NCBI GenBank assembly: GCA_030295235.1
Contig: AP026125.1
Location: 1,612,001-1,676,000 of the forward strand
Direction: 5' to 3'
DNA: 64,000 nucleotides
From: Fistulifera solaris
Lineage: Eukaryota
Positions 49,577 to 62,138 of this stretch are shown in pieces. The notes below the pieces were generated by a model. The model did no database searches, was not told where the DNA came from, and saw only the letters and a program-made list of their open reading frames with translations. Both the position numbers and the translations under genes were made by a program. How positions within the stretch are numbered: position 1 is the stretch's first letter; the number at the start of each line of letters is the position of its first letter.

Positions 49577-51385
49577 TCTCATGACTGACAGACAGTCTTG
49601 CCAAAAACGAACAACACTCTGGGCTATAGTAAACAACAAAGGCGACGATCCTGGACATCTTCGACGCTGTTCAACGAGCAAAACACTGCATAGCTAGCTA
49701 AAATGAATTTAAACAGCAAGTACGACATCTATTCGCGAGAATGGTTAACGATTGAGTGTGCCAAAAACGCAGAACGCAGTTCCCTGTTCCCAAACTCTTC
49801 TGACTCATGACTGAAATGCAGTCATGGTTCCTTTCGAACCGACACTCTGGGCTATAGTAACTTTTGAAGGCGACGATCTTGGACATCTTCGACGCTGTTC
49901 ATCGAGTAAAACACTGCATGGCTAGTTAAAATAAATTTAGAGCAGCAAGTACGACATCTATCTGCGAGAATGGTTAACGATTGCGTGTGCCACAAACGTA
50001 GAACGCGGTTCCCGGCTTTTCTGCCCGTGACTGAAATGCAGTCATGGTTACTGTAAACCAACACTCTGGGCCATAGTAAATTGCAGAGTCAACGATCCTG
50101 GACATGTTTGACGCTATTCATCGAGTAAAACACTGCATGGCTAGTTAAAATAAATTTAGAGCAGCAAGTACGACATCTATTCGCGAGAATGGTTAACGAT
50201 TGCGTGTGCCACAAACGTAGAACGCGGTTCCCGGCTTTTCTGCCCGTGACTGAAATGCAGTCATGGTTACTGTAAACCAAGACTCTGGGCCATAGTAAAT
50301 TGCAGAGTCAACGATCCTGGACATGTTCGACGCTATTCATCGAGCAAAACACTGCATGGCTAGTTAAAATAAATTTAGAGCAGCAAGTACGACATCTTAT
50401 TCGCGAGAATGGTTAACGATTGCGTGTGCCACAAACGTAGAACGCGGTTCCCGGCTTTTCTGCCCGTGACTGAAATGCAGTCATGGTTACTGTAAACCAA
50501 CACTCTGGGCCATAGTAAATTGCAGAGTCAACGATCCTGGACATGTTCGACGCTATTCATCGAGCAAAACACTGCATGGCTAGTTAAAATAAATTTAGAG
50601 CAGCAAGTACGACATCTTATTCGCGAGAATGGTTAACGATTGCGTGTGCCACAAACGTAGAACGCGGTTCCCGGCTTTTCTGCCCGTGACTGGAACGCAG
50701 TCATGGTTACTGTAAACCAACACTCTGGGCCATAGTAAATTGCAGAGTCATTCATCGAGCAAAACACTGCATGGCTAGTTAAAATAAATTTAGAGCAGCA
50801 AGTACGACATCTATCTGCGAGAATGGTTAACGATTGCGTGTGCCACAAACGTAGAACGCGGTTCCCGGCTTTTCTGCCCGTGACTGAAATGCAGTCATGG
50901 TTACTGTAAACCAACACTCTGGGCCATAGTAAATTGCAGAGTCAACGATCCTGGACATGTTTGACGCTATTCATCGAGCAAAACACTGCATGGCTAGTTA
51001 AAATAAATTTAGAGCAGCAAGTACGACATCTATTCGCGAGAATGGTTAACGATTGCGTGTGCCACAAACGTAGAACGCGGTTCCCGGCTTTTCTGCCCGT
51101 GACTGAAATGCAGTCATGGTTACTGTAAACCAACACTCTGGGCCATAGTAAATTGCAGAGTCAACGATCCTGGACATGTTCGACGCTATTCATCGAGCAA
51201 AACACTGCATGGCTAGCTAAAATAGGTTTTAGCAACAAGCACGACATCTATTGGCGAGACGAATGGTGGAAGATTGCGTATGCCACAAACGCAGAATGTG
51301 CAGTTCCCTACTTGTTGGCGCGTGACTGAAATGCGGTCATGGTTACTGTAAACCAACACTTTGGCCTATAGTAGTTTTTGAAGGC
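49577..51385. repeat. Tandem array of ~219 bp units (9 palindromes, ~8.3 units)
   Basis: GACTG-N5-C(A/G)GTC at 49583, 49809, 50029, 50248, 50468, 50688, 50882, 51101, 51324. Central units are near-identical and edges are diverged. One unit lacks 25 bp at 50750. Confidence 0.97.
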
Positions 51386-51575
51386 AGCTTGTCCGCCGTG
51401 TTCAAAGTTCCCTCCAATTGTTCGGGAGTTTTACCATGGTAAAACGGGTGTGACTATGTAACATCATTGCGTCCGAAGTCGGAAGGTTGCATTTGTTATC
51501 ATTATTACCAGGTATATCTGTAACATCCCCTATCACAAGTATTATATCCATTGACAAAAGATCTCACTTGACTTC

Positions 51576-52644
51576 ATGTTACGACAAGCGCTCCGTATTC
51601 GCGGTTCATGGCGATCATCATTCGTTCCTCGTCCCGTTCGATCCTTTGGATCTTCGTCTCCTGTATCAAAAAATCATGACGATGACAAAGGCAATCGCTG
51701 GACGAAATACCAAGAGTTTTTAACAAAAGAACTCATTAACAAGTCATTGCTGGGAGTCGGTCAAGTCATCTTTCTCAACAATCCTCAATCCGGTATGATT
51801 CTCCTCGGCGCACTGGCGTACGGAAATCCGTTTTTGGCCTCCATGGCGGCGTACGGCACTCTTGTCAGCACCTCGACGGCTCATTTCGCGGGTCTCGATC
51901 GCGATAAATTACAAGCGGGTTTGTATGGATACAATGGCTGTTTGGTGGGTTGTGCAAGTGCTGTTTTTGTCGATTCAACGATCCTCGCCACCACAGCTGG
52001 AGCTCTCTTGTGTCCATTTGTCGGCGTGGCCTTGGACAAGGGCGTCCGTACGACGCCGCAGTGGACTCTGGCGTTCAATGCTGTGACTCTCTCCATCTTA
52101 TTAAGAACCAAGCCTTTGCAAGTCACTAGTAGTATTGAAGGAGATACGACTGTAGTCGAGACGGCGTCTGTTTCCGTCATGAAATTGTTGTCGGGTCCAC
52201 TCAAAGGTATTTCGCAAATATTTGTCGTGGAATCGTCGTTGTCTGGCTTGGCGATCCTCGGAGGAATCGCTTTGTATTCGCCACTGCTCGCCGCTCACGC
52301 AATCATGGGATCCACGGTGGGGACTCTGACCGGGGCAGTTTTGTCGGCTCCGAGTTCCGAATTGGCAATGGGTTTGTGGGGATTCAACTCCGCTCTGACG
52401 AGCATGGCCATTGGGGTCTTTTTTTGTTCCGAATCGAGAATCGACCGTCTTGTCGGTGGGTGGTGCTGCCGCTACGGCTGTATTATTCGGGGCAATGAAG
52501 ACGGTCATGGGGGATGCACTGGGAGCTCCAGCTTTGACATTGCCGTTTTGTGCAACCGCGACGGGTTGTTACTGGCTTGCCGGGAATGTACCTGGCTTGC
52601 TGTTGGCTAAGGATCCTCATTCTCCAGAAAAGAATAAGCTGTAA
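51576..52644 (+). CDS. Urea transporter (UT/SLC14 channel family), frameshift in poly-T near 52422
   Basis: GVGQVIFLNNP..G, GLYGYNG, GISQIFV, GLWGFNS, LTLPFC duplicated UT signatures. Confidence 0.9.
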
Positions 52645-52778
52645 AAGTAATTGATTGTTGAATTTATCAACACGATTCTAATTGTTTGCTTATTCTAAAG
52701 CTACTCCGCGTACGGTTAGGAGGAGGCGTCTCGAAGACAACGTCGCATCCAGAGTATAAAGTCATTCCGACAACACTT

Positions 52779-53305
52779 TCAGCGGTTCCCACGGAGTTTC
52801 TGCAAAGAGCACTGGCGAAGGCGAAAGCGCATCTTGGTCGCGGTCTTGAAATGGCTAATCTTTACGGCAGGACTCGAAAACAAGTCCAGTTCACATGGAT
52901 GAATAGGAGAATAGTTGTAGACGTCGATCTCCTTCGCCAAACGGTAGCGCATGCGGCGTGAAAGGCTGGGGCTCAAGAGCTGGTTGAGAAGATCGTACCG
53001 ATCCGTGCCCTTCTTGCTTGACTTGACGGACTTGTGTTTGTCTTTTTTGGCTTTCTGGCGATTGCCTTCCGCCGGCTTCCCGTCGTGCTTGGCAAAGAAT
53101 CTCGATGCACGCGGTTTGGAGTCTTCCTGGACGATGGGAGAAACAATCGTGGGGACGTCCGCCATGCTGGAAGGATACAGGTTACGATGAAGGGTCTTGG
53201 GTACTTCAACAATACGAGCTCAAAGGCTCTTGACAAGGTAATTTCTTTTGTCGACACTGCCTTGCTGTGAAACTGCGAGCGACTGCGTTTGAGAATGAAT
53301 TCATG
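52779..53305 (-). CDS. Small hypothetical protein (probably frameshifted)
   Basis: Overlapping short ORFs between flanking genes. No recognisable domain. Confidence 0.3.
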
Positions 53306-53928
53306 GTGCTCGATGTGTTGGGATCCTTCATTTTCAACTTGAAAACGTTTTGTTCTTTCGTTTCTCGATGATCTGCATCATCTTGTGGAAATCCTGAAAA
53401 CGTGATCCAATCTTCTCTATAGATCGTAAAGTACACATTTTGGCGAGGACGTGACGGGCGTGTTCGAATGTCGCATTCTATAGTATCCATGATTCTACAT
53501 ATACACACATGTATACAGCATTGGATGTCGTGCGATGTCTCATATAGTAAAATTGCTAACAAAAGGTTCGCGGTCGCGCGCGCTCCGGCCACGAGAACCG
53601 TTCGAAAATACACTCTTCCAATGTGTAGTACCAAACTCAAAAATGGCGCACGGTCGTTCGTCGCGACGCGGCAAACCGACCGCGCATCGCACCCGCCGTC
53701 GGGAAAAACAAAAGGAAGCAGACTGCGAAGCGCAACTTATTGACTTGCTGAAGCTGCAATACAGCGGTTGTGCATTAAATCAAAAACATATTAATTGTCA
53801 CCAACCAAACGGAGGTTCATCGCGAAATCGTCGGAAAAAAGCGGCTACAAAAGACACAAGGCGACTACCGAAACATCGGCATTTCCTTTTGAATATTATT
53901 CTATTGTCAACAATATTCATTTGCCAAC

Positions 53929-56583
53929 ATGGGCAACCAACCTTCTTCTCAGCAATCAGAGTCTTACGTTGGTGAATCTTCGAAAAGTAGCGACGGAACG
54001 CCTATCCCTGCGGCTGCAAGAGATGATAAGGAACGATTTCGCTCTTTTCCTGGGTCAGCGCTGTTGGAGAAAACATTTTGCGGAAGTATAGACACGACAG
54101 ATCCATCCGAATACCAGAACCAATCTATTGCAACTCGCCTCATGCACAAAGCCGATGTCATGTGTATACGATCACCGAGAAATTACGGCGTGGGCACACC
54201 GGTGAATCGATGGATGGACGACGATAATGATATACTCGAACACAGTGGCAAGAAGCCGTCAATTTCATCGGCTCTTTTGGCTAGGGCGCTGGTGAACGAA
54301 GTAACCGACAATCCGAAAACAATGAATCCTGCACAAATGGCTGCTCGTGAGAGAAAACTTCTGAAAGCACAACAGGCGGCGCGAAGTGGGCCGGCAAGGC
54401 ACAAGCCGATCGGAAAGAGCGGTGCGGGGTCGGCCCACCCAGCGTTCTCAACAGTGTCGCGTACGCTTTGACGGGTCAGGATAATATGCTGTGTATCGGA
54501 AATAGTCAGGTGGTGGATGATGTTGTTGTGAGTAGTGCCTTGCAAGATGCGTTTGGTGAACACGGGGGAAGATCAGGGGCAGGTGAAGGCAGCCATTTGG
54601 CGCTGGAAGAAGCCTTGCACGATAAGAGTCCGTTCGTTGTCACGATTGCGTTATGCCTGAGTCGTCGTTCCGAAGATGTGGGACATCCAGACTCGATTAC
54701 TCGACAAAGTGCTTTTGATTTTAATGAGGTGCAAGATCGAGAATACAAGTATGTCAGCTCTACGGATGCTATGGGCTGGCGTGCTGGCGGGGGTGAAAAG
54801 GGAGGACCGACTAAAATAACAGGGACGTCTAATTTGTCCCCAGCACAACCAGAACCAGGCGTGGTGAAGAAAGCTCATCGCGATGATCTACATTTGCCCA
54901 TAATACACTTGGACTGTGGGTCTGCTGAAGGTGTTGGCCACGTAATTCACTCGTTGGCGAGCGGAGATATATTTATACCACACATGGCGGTCTTACCGGA
55001 TTCGTTGGCAGTGCACGGGAGTCCTTTGCCGGATTTAATGTTGAGATGGCAATGCGACCGAAACGAGGATGTTCCAGTAGATGAGTGGCACAACTGGTGC
55101 CTGGAGTTCATTCACAACCAAATATACGAATACTTTCACCAAACACCCGTTCGACCGATATGGATGCCCCGACCATTTAATGTTACACTGGCAAAGGCGG
55201 TGCGATGGAGAACTGTCAAACATATGAATCGGTATTTTAGTCTGACTGAACAAGTTCTGGAACGTTGGAGAGAAAACGGTCCTCAATATCTGGACCCACA
55301 ATCTTCAAATTCAGGCGGAGGCCCTTCAGCTGATGAAATCGCCCGCCCGCATGGTATTTACTTATGGCGAAGGGTCAACGGTGTAACACAGCCAACAAAC
55401 TACTTCGCGCCGAATTTCGACCCTCCATACACAACGAAAATGACGAGGTGCTTACTTGAAACGGTATTATCGAAGAGCTGGGATACCCAACGACGAGAAT
55501 GGTCAAACCGTCCTCTTCCAGTCATTCTTTCCCCCACTGGTTTATTACAGGCTGCATGTGGGTGCACTGAAGTCGGTGGATTCGTCGCACAAGAGGTTAC
55601 CAACAAGGCTTCACCTACCGTTCCCGCTTCCTTTTCCTCAAAGTCAATGCCTCAAATCAAGCGTCTTTCTTCTCCATCTGCGGAACACTCCTTAAGTGAT
55701 GGCATCGCAGACGAGAAGAAGAACGACGACATTCCAATATCAGAGGAAGTTGTATCTGTTTCAAGAAAATCTCAACCCAGGCAATCGCTTTCCAGTACAA
55801 TAGACGAACCTGGTGTCTCGGGCAATTTTTCTGTAGCACCATCAGGCACAACTGTAATGCACCGAAATCTTTCTCACCTACCAGTTGGAAACCAAGGACA
55901 AGCGTTTGTTCTCGGACGACGATTGGGACGCAGCTCACACACAAGTGGCAGATCCGCCAGGAGAGAAGGTATGAATTTGAAAAGATTTGCACTGAAGTTT
56001 CTTCTGTCGTGTGTCCTAACATTGCGCGTTCTAATTGCAGGTTACGGCGAGTCCACAGGGCTACGCAAGCTTCCAAACTGAATTACAGTCAGGCAAGATG
56101 AAAACAAAAGATAATCGGTTAAACGTAGCGAAAGAAGCCAACGGGTCTCTCCGCACGTCTTCACACCACAAAATGCAGCTGAGCCCTCCTGGACAAAGTT
56201 ACAATCAAGCTGTGTCGCCAAAAGTGGATTCTAGTGATTCTTATAGTTCTTTGGCTTATTCTGTCGGCAACTCATCGGGCCACACAGGCATCGTATCTGG
56301 GTATACATCAAATATCGGTCAGTATTACGCAGATACACCTCCATCACGGAGGTCATCGGCTGTGGCCAAGTCATTATCATCAGAAGAGGAATATTCTATC
56401 CAGGAGTCCAGCAGTAGCTTGTCCGTTGTTCCCACCGACGAAGAGCTGTATGCAATAGGGTGGGCAAAAGCTTTGGATCCAAAGAGTGGAAATTTCTATT
56501 ATTTTACGCTGGACCGGAAGAAAATCATGTGGGACAACCCGCTACCCAGGATGTCTGTCAGGGGAAGTATAAGAGGTTTATAG
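53929..56583 (+). CDS. Hypothetical protein with C-terminal WW domain (frameshift ~54430, intron ~55969-56040)
   Basis: GWAKALDPKSGNFYYFTLDRKKIMWDNP is a WW domain. MGNQPS start resembles an N-myristoylation motif. Confidence 0.7.
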
Positions 56584-56755
56584 TGTCGTCTACTCGTGGC
56601 AATATGTAAAGATTTAAAGTTATTGTAAAGGCTGTCAAGTTTTGTGTCTAGGTTCTCTTATAGTTCGCGTGAAAGCGCTTAAACGTTTTCAATCGATTTA
56701 TGCGGCTGTTGCACCCGAACTTTTAGCTGATACATACATTTATCGCAGTTGTTCA

Positions 56756-57280
56756 TCAAGACGGTTTGCTCTCGAAGTTTATCGCAATGGTATTGTTTTT
56801 CACATCTCTCTGAACAACGACAATAATGTTTCCGTAAGTTGGCGGAAGCCGACTGATTCCTGACAATGACTGATGTATGTCCTCTGGTATTCTATCATGG
56901 CCGAATTGTCGGGAAAAGTCAGAGTATATCCTTACGTCGTCCTCGCATGGGTCAGACGTCTCTGTATCATTTTGGTAGGATTTACTGGTACCGGTATCTT
57001 CGTGCTGTTGCTCTGTATTAGCCTTTCCGAGGAACGAGCGGCTCTTTGGGGCGTATCTATTCAGTATAAGTTTTTCCTCCACATCCCTTCTATTGTTGTT
57101 TGATTGTCCTATTACTGAACGCTCATCGTCACTAGGTAAGTAAAGACTTCTTTGTTTGGGACGATCTGCAGTTTTTGAATTCACATCGATTTCCGCGCTT
57201 TCTCCCCCGCTGCCGCAAGTGAAGAAGTTCGCAACCATTTGTAATTCGGGCAGCTCGAAAGTGTGCCATATTCCTGTCAT
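56756..57280 (-). CDS. Hypothetical protein
   Basis: 174-aa ORF only. Confidence 0.35.
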   Translation of the reverse strand: MTGIWHTFELPELQMVANFFTCGSGGESAEIDVNSKTADRPKQRSLYLPSDDERSVIGQSNNNRRDVEEKLILNRYAPKSRSFLGKANTEQQHEDTGTSKSYQNDTETSDPCEDDVRIYSDFSRQFGHDRIPEDIHQSLSGISRLPPTYGNIIVVVQRDVKNNTIAINFESKPS

Positions 57281-57704
57281 AATCTCAACTTAGTTTAAAG
57301 TCTCAATAGCGGATCATATAGCGGAGTATATTCTTTTATTTTTTGTCGTGTTGTTCCTCTTCTTTTCACTGAAAGCCGATTGCGCAACGTAAGAGACAGG
57401 CTGTCCCCTTTTCATGGAGCAATTTGTGACGAAGAAAAGGTGCAGAGTTGAGCGAGATGCCGCGAACGGAAGTTACATAGGGGTTTTTTTCTCTATTGGC
57501 GATAGATACTATGATGACAAATAGCCGTTGGATATCCAAACGGTATTGAGAAGTACTAAGATCAGACAGACGTTGTTTTCGCTGATCGACACAACAAAAT
57601 ACTCGGTATTTTGGACGATAAAACTGTCGAGAGAACAACAATCATCGGCCGCCTTCGTCCTTAGTTAGTATTATCAGCAATTAGCAGTCCACCCAATTTT
57701 ACCG

Positions 57705-59909
57705 ATGAAGCTAGGCTCAAGAAAGAAGCTTTTGGGGGCTGTCCTCTCTCGGATGAGTAAGAAACGACCCGAACAGGGCTCTCAATCGAGAAGCCATGAA
57801 TGGCAATCAAAAGATGAAGTTTGTACATCGGAAGACGGACCCTCCATTGACAATGGTTATTCAGAGGAAAGGGAAGATCATGCGGGGGCAAGGAAGATGT
57901 CCGCAAAAGAGCACCAGCTAAGAAAATATCGCATAAACGTCGTCAAGTCGCCCTGCAATATAGAGGACGACGACGAGCGAAAGGAAGATCGCGACGAGCG
58001 AGTGAGCAAAGGCAAAGGGCAGCACACGAGTAGACCTTTCAAATCTTTAAATAGTCCACTACGTACTCAGCACAATTCACGAATGAAGCAATCAAGAGGG
58101 GACGAAAAACGAATTGACGACGAACAGTGGGCGAAGACAACATCGTTTCCGTCCGATGGCCTATCAGCATCGAGATCCACGCAAGACGAAATGAACTCCT
58201 CCACCAATAGTGGGCAAAGCGATTACCAGAAAGAAAGACATACATCTGAAGATGATGAGGAATTGTCTTTTCGGGGCGGTTATTTAGGAAAGGACCCAAG
58301 AGGGTCTAACATGGCCGAATACGGAAACACCAGCCAAGGAGAATGTTCACACGAAAGCGAACAATCGTCAAGGGGGGATGAGAGCCACGAGAAGCATTTC
58401 TTCGAGAAAACGTAGTTCGACAGTGAAGCTCGTGAAGTACATGTCTCACCGTGAGGGGGGCTGAAAAAGGATTCGAGGTGTTGCTGGAAGATTTTCGCAA
58501 GTTTGTTACTTATTGCACGGATGACAGAGGAGCGACAGAGATTATAAGAAGCGAACCAACAGATCAAAATAGAATATTACACCGAGAAGTACAACAACGT
58601 GCGACCGCAGGGAATGTTCTACAGAAAGAGACATCAGTTGACAACGATGATACAAGCTCCACAAGAAGTAACAATTCAAACAATTCACGTCGCGTTCTCG
58701 TGGAAACTGTCTCGTCGTCCAGTCTCGAAAACGCTGACGTCGAAAAAAGCGAAAGCATAAGATCGGTTAAATCCTTGAACCTTGTCAGAGGCGCACGAAT
58801 CAGTAGCGCTGGTTCGATCAGTGGGGCGACCCCAAGAGAATCTTTGGACACCGCCGCAACAGAGTCAATCTGTAAATGTAAGTGTTGCGGTCATCTTCTG
58901 GAAATTCCAAACGTCAGAACGAAGCAGAGTCGCTCTGCTGACGGATCCGATCGATTCAAAAGCGACATGATGACGGTCGGCTCGGAATCATCTCGCTGTT
59001 CATCAACAACTTCGGAAACGAAACAAGCGCTCGATCAAACCTCACTTCCAGGCGAGATATGCACTCATGAGGAAAAGGACCATTCACCATTGATAGTATC
59101 ATCGGGAGATGCACCATCTTCGTCCCCGCCTGACACACTCGCAGACGCTTCGAAGCAAGTAGAAACAATATCGGAAACCCCTATGAATATGTGCTTCAGC
59201 ATGTTCTCCTCATATTCTACCAACAAACACCCTGACACACAAAACAATCCGAGCGACGATGGAAAGGACGAAGCATTGGAAAATCAAGACTGTGCAGATT
59301 TAGGGAATGCAAGAAACAACGAAGTCGAACCACCAGAAGGATCTGCCACTATTAGAGAGGAGAGGCAAGCTGTGCAATTATCGATAGTTACGGGGAAGAC
59401 AACTCAGTCGCCGCTTCAACCTTAAAGCCCAATGTATCCGTCAAATCATCTGAAAGAGCAACGGAAACACCATTGAATATGTTATTCAATATGTTCTCTT
59501 CTTTTCAACGAAAAATAATTCGGAAAAGAAAGACGATGCTTTTGAAGATAAAGAGAACGTTGAAGCTCCGCAAGACAATCAAGACGGGGATGAAGCCAGC
59601 AGACACAATGAGATTGGATTTCTTGGAGAAGACATTAGGTCTGCAACAAAGGAAAAGATGCCAACTATAGGAAGAATTCCGGCGAATGCTCGTCCGCCCC
59701 TGCCTTGTTGGTCAAAAAAAACAGCCTCTCGCTACGTAACTTACCCCATAGAGAGAGTAGATTCGCATTCCACCTTGCGGTCTTGCCCTCCTCGACTATC
59801 AAGTGGCGTTACCCGTCACCAAGCGAAGAGAGAGAAGTTGGTACAGATACTATCGCCTTCTTCAATAAGCCAAAGGAAAGACAACGGTTGGAATCGGTGC
59901 GAGGTGTAA
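57705..59909 (+). CDS. Low-complexity hypothetical protein in several frame pieces
   Basis: Consecutive same-strand ORFs with internal repeat ETPMNMCFSMFSS / ETPLNMLFNMFSS. Confidence 0.45.
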
Positions 59910-60141
59910 GCCGATACGCACATTACTCGAAAGGGGGCTGCAGCCGAGCAAAATAATTCATAACTCTATTATAATATGTCTTCAACGATTCGATTTGATA
60001 ATGAACCTTAAATCGCAATATTGTGTGATGCGTCCTGTGCAAGACGATCCGTTGGCTCTCGTCGTCTACATTCTGGGTAAAAAGTGATTATAGTAATCAA
60101 TTATTGAATCACTTTATTTTTAAAATCAGTAATGTACATTC

Positions 60142-60714
60142 TTAGACAACTTGTAATTGCTTAACTGCTTTCACTTCATTGGACTGGCTTTGCTCCTGCG
60201 CATCAGTGATAACCGGCGGCTTGGAAAGAGTCATCAAGAGCGCCCATGCGCAGGCGACTCCAAAAGTCATGAGAATGCTGCTCAACGGAAGGCCGTATCG
60301 GACATCCGTGACAGTGCACGCCGAGCAAAAACCCGCAAACACTCCAAGGGCATAGAAGTATTCCAAATGTTCTTGCTTCAAAGTTGAAGTAGCCAGGCAG
60401 ACCTTGTGTAGCGCCGTGAAGCTCAAGAAGGAGGTGATTCCGGTCGAGCCACTCCATAGGAGGGCGAATGCCACGATCTGCAAGCGACCCCATGAAGCCA
60501 GTGAATACTGATGCATGAGGATGTAGAAGCCTGCAACGCTGAAGGTAATACCGATAAGGGCACCCATAATGAAATGGGCAGCTTTCTGAAAGTAACTGAC
60601 TTGATTCGAGACGACGGCGGTGGGCTTTTGTTCGATCAGCGGGGTTTCAAGATCATTTTGCGAGTTGGCGCTGTCATCAAAGACAGCAGGGCTGACGAAC
60701 ATACTGAAGCTCAT
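60142..60714 (-). CDS. Hypothetical 4-TM membrane protein
   Basis: Four hydrophobic segments. DLETPLI resembles a dileucine sorting motif. Confidence 0.6.
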   Translation of the reverse strand: MSFSMFVSPAVFDDSANSQNDLETPLIEQKPTAVVSNQVSYFQKAAHFIMGALIGITFSVAGFYILMHQYSLASWGRLQIVAFALLWSGSTGITSFLSFTALHKVCLATSTLKQEHLEYFYALGVFAGFCSACTVTDVRYGLPLSSILMTFGVACAWALLMTLSKPPVITDAQEQSQSNEVKAVKQLQVV

Positions 60715-61307
60715 GGTGATTAAATGGAACGAACGGTGAAGTTGGTTTCGCGACGTGTTGTTTTGTGAAGGAGTTCTCTTCAATTATGAAATGTGAAGGA
60801 CAGATTTTCTTCAGCAAGCAATCACCGGCGCGCCATTTGCGAGCCTGTCAGCCTTAAGTATTTGTTGTGAATAGAAATCACTATGATAATTTCTCGTCAA
60901 GAATTGTAGGTCGGCTTCATTTTGCGAGAAATTTGTCATATGTAAAACACGTCCTCTGTCTACATTGCTTAAGTGAAGTCTTAAGAAAAATGCCGCGCTT
61001 CTCATTGTAATGCATGCTCGCTCGCGCGACATGTTTTGCCCTTCTATGGCTAGAAATGTACTGTATGAAGTCTTTGTGGTATTGATTCTTTGTAAGCTTA
61101 CGCATAACTCTAATGCACAAGGTGCCCTCGAACGATGCGAGCGATGAAAATGAAAATGGACATTTTGATGATGCGATGAGGACGATGATGATGCGTCGTG
61201 TCATTTGAGTGAAATGAATGTTCCTTGAACCGGATCACTAGTACCCATACAATCTCAACAGCACCGGGTTCCGTTTCATAGCAAGAAATTAGACTCATTC
61301 GTAAAGA

Positions 61308-62138
61308 ATGAGCGTCAAAGCATCGCAATGGTCCGATCTTCCACGTCGACTCGCTACAATTTCCATTGGTGTTCCTATTCTCTGGATTATCTGGTCCAGC
61401 GATGAATGGAGGGTACTCTTCTTTTATGGAACTCACTTGGCAATGTGTTGGGAGTGGTTGAATCTATCGGGCTGTCATTGGAGCTTTCTGTTGCTTTCAT
61501 TGGGTCTCTCGTTGGTGGCCGACGAATTCTTTGTCGCCGCCTTTACTAGCACGATTGCTCTGCTCAGTATAATGACTGCAGCTATGCCACTTTCACAAAC
61601 GAAAGCGGAAGCTTTCACCACGGGACTGATTTTCATTTGTCTGCCTTTTCGTTCCTGGAACAACTTGGCCGAGAGCAGCTTTCGGGACACGGTGTCTCTT
61701 CTTTTGACGGTATGGAATTGTGACACGGGTGCGTTAGTTGTAGGCCGTCTAACGAAATCGGCTGGGTGGCAAGTTTCGCCGTTGTGGCTGCAACGGATAT
61801 CTCCGAGTAAGTCGGTTGGTGGACTGGTCGGAGGTTTGTTGTTTGGAGCAATGACCTTCTGGAGTCTGCCATGGTTTTGGCAGCTGATGGAGAACTTACA
61901 ATGGACGACGATTGCAGTAAGTCTGCCAGTAGAAAGTCAATCTTCCCTAATGCGTCTTCAGACGGGTGCTTTACTGTCGCTAGCCGCTATTCTAGGTGAT
62001 TCTTGGGAATCTACGATCAAAAGACGATACGGAGTGAAGGATTCTGGGAAGTTGCTACCGGGGCATGGTGGGGTCTTGGATCGCTTTGATTCGAGCTTGA
62101 TTGCTGTAATGATCTTTCCCTTATTATTGGGCAGGTAG
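61308..62138 (+). CDS. Phosphatidate cytidylyltransferase (CDP-DAG synthase)
   Basis: DTGA..GR, ISPSKS, GDSWESTIKRRYGVKDSGKLLPGHGGVLDRFDS. Confidence 0.93.
   Translation: MSVKASQWSDLPRRLATISIGVPILWIIWSSDEWRVLFFYGTHLAMCWEWLNLSGCHWSFLLLSLGLSLVADEFFVAAFTSTIALLSIMTAAMPLSQTKAEAFTTGLIFICLPFRSWNNLAESSFRDTVSLLLTVWNCDTGALVVGRLTKSAGWQVSPLWLQRISPSKSVGGLVGGLLFGAMTFWSLPWFWQLMENLQWTTIAVSLPVESQSSLMRLQTGALLSLAAILGDSWESTIKRRYGVKDSGKLLPGHGGVLDRFDSSLIAVMIFPLLLGR

Noticed and set aside
49852..51136. Repeated 60-90 aa ORFs in the array; 5S rRNA or spliced-leader array
   Set aside because: The ORFs stop within each unit and +1 indels break phase. Only GGCCATA/CGATC-like words recall 5S, with the wrong spacing. 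No SL or Sm layout was recognised.
49577..51385. CRISPR array, or Cas9 sgRNA-scaffold-like words in each unit (GGCTAGT, GTTAAAATAA, TTTAGAGC, AGCAAGT)
   Set aside because: There are no unique spacers and no cas genes, and the context is eukaryotic. The words are in the wrong order for a scaffold and are not kept in the edge units, so this is treated as coincidence.
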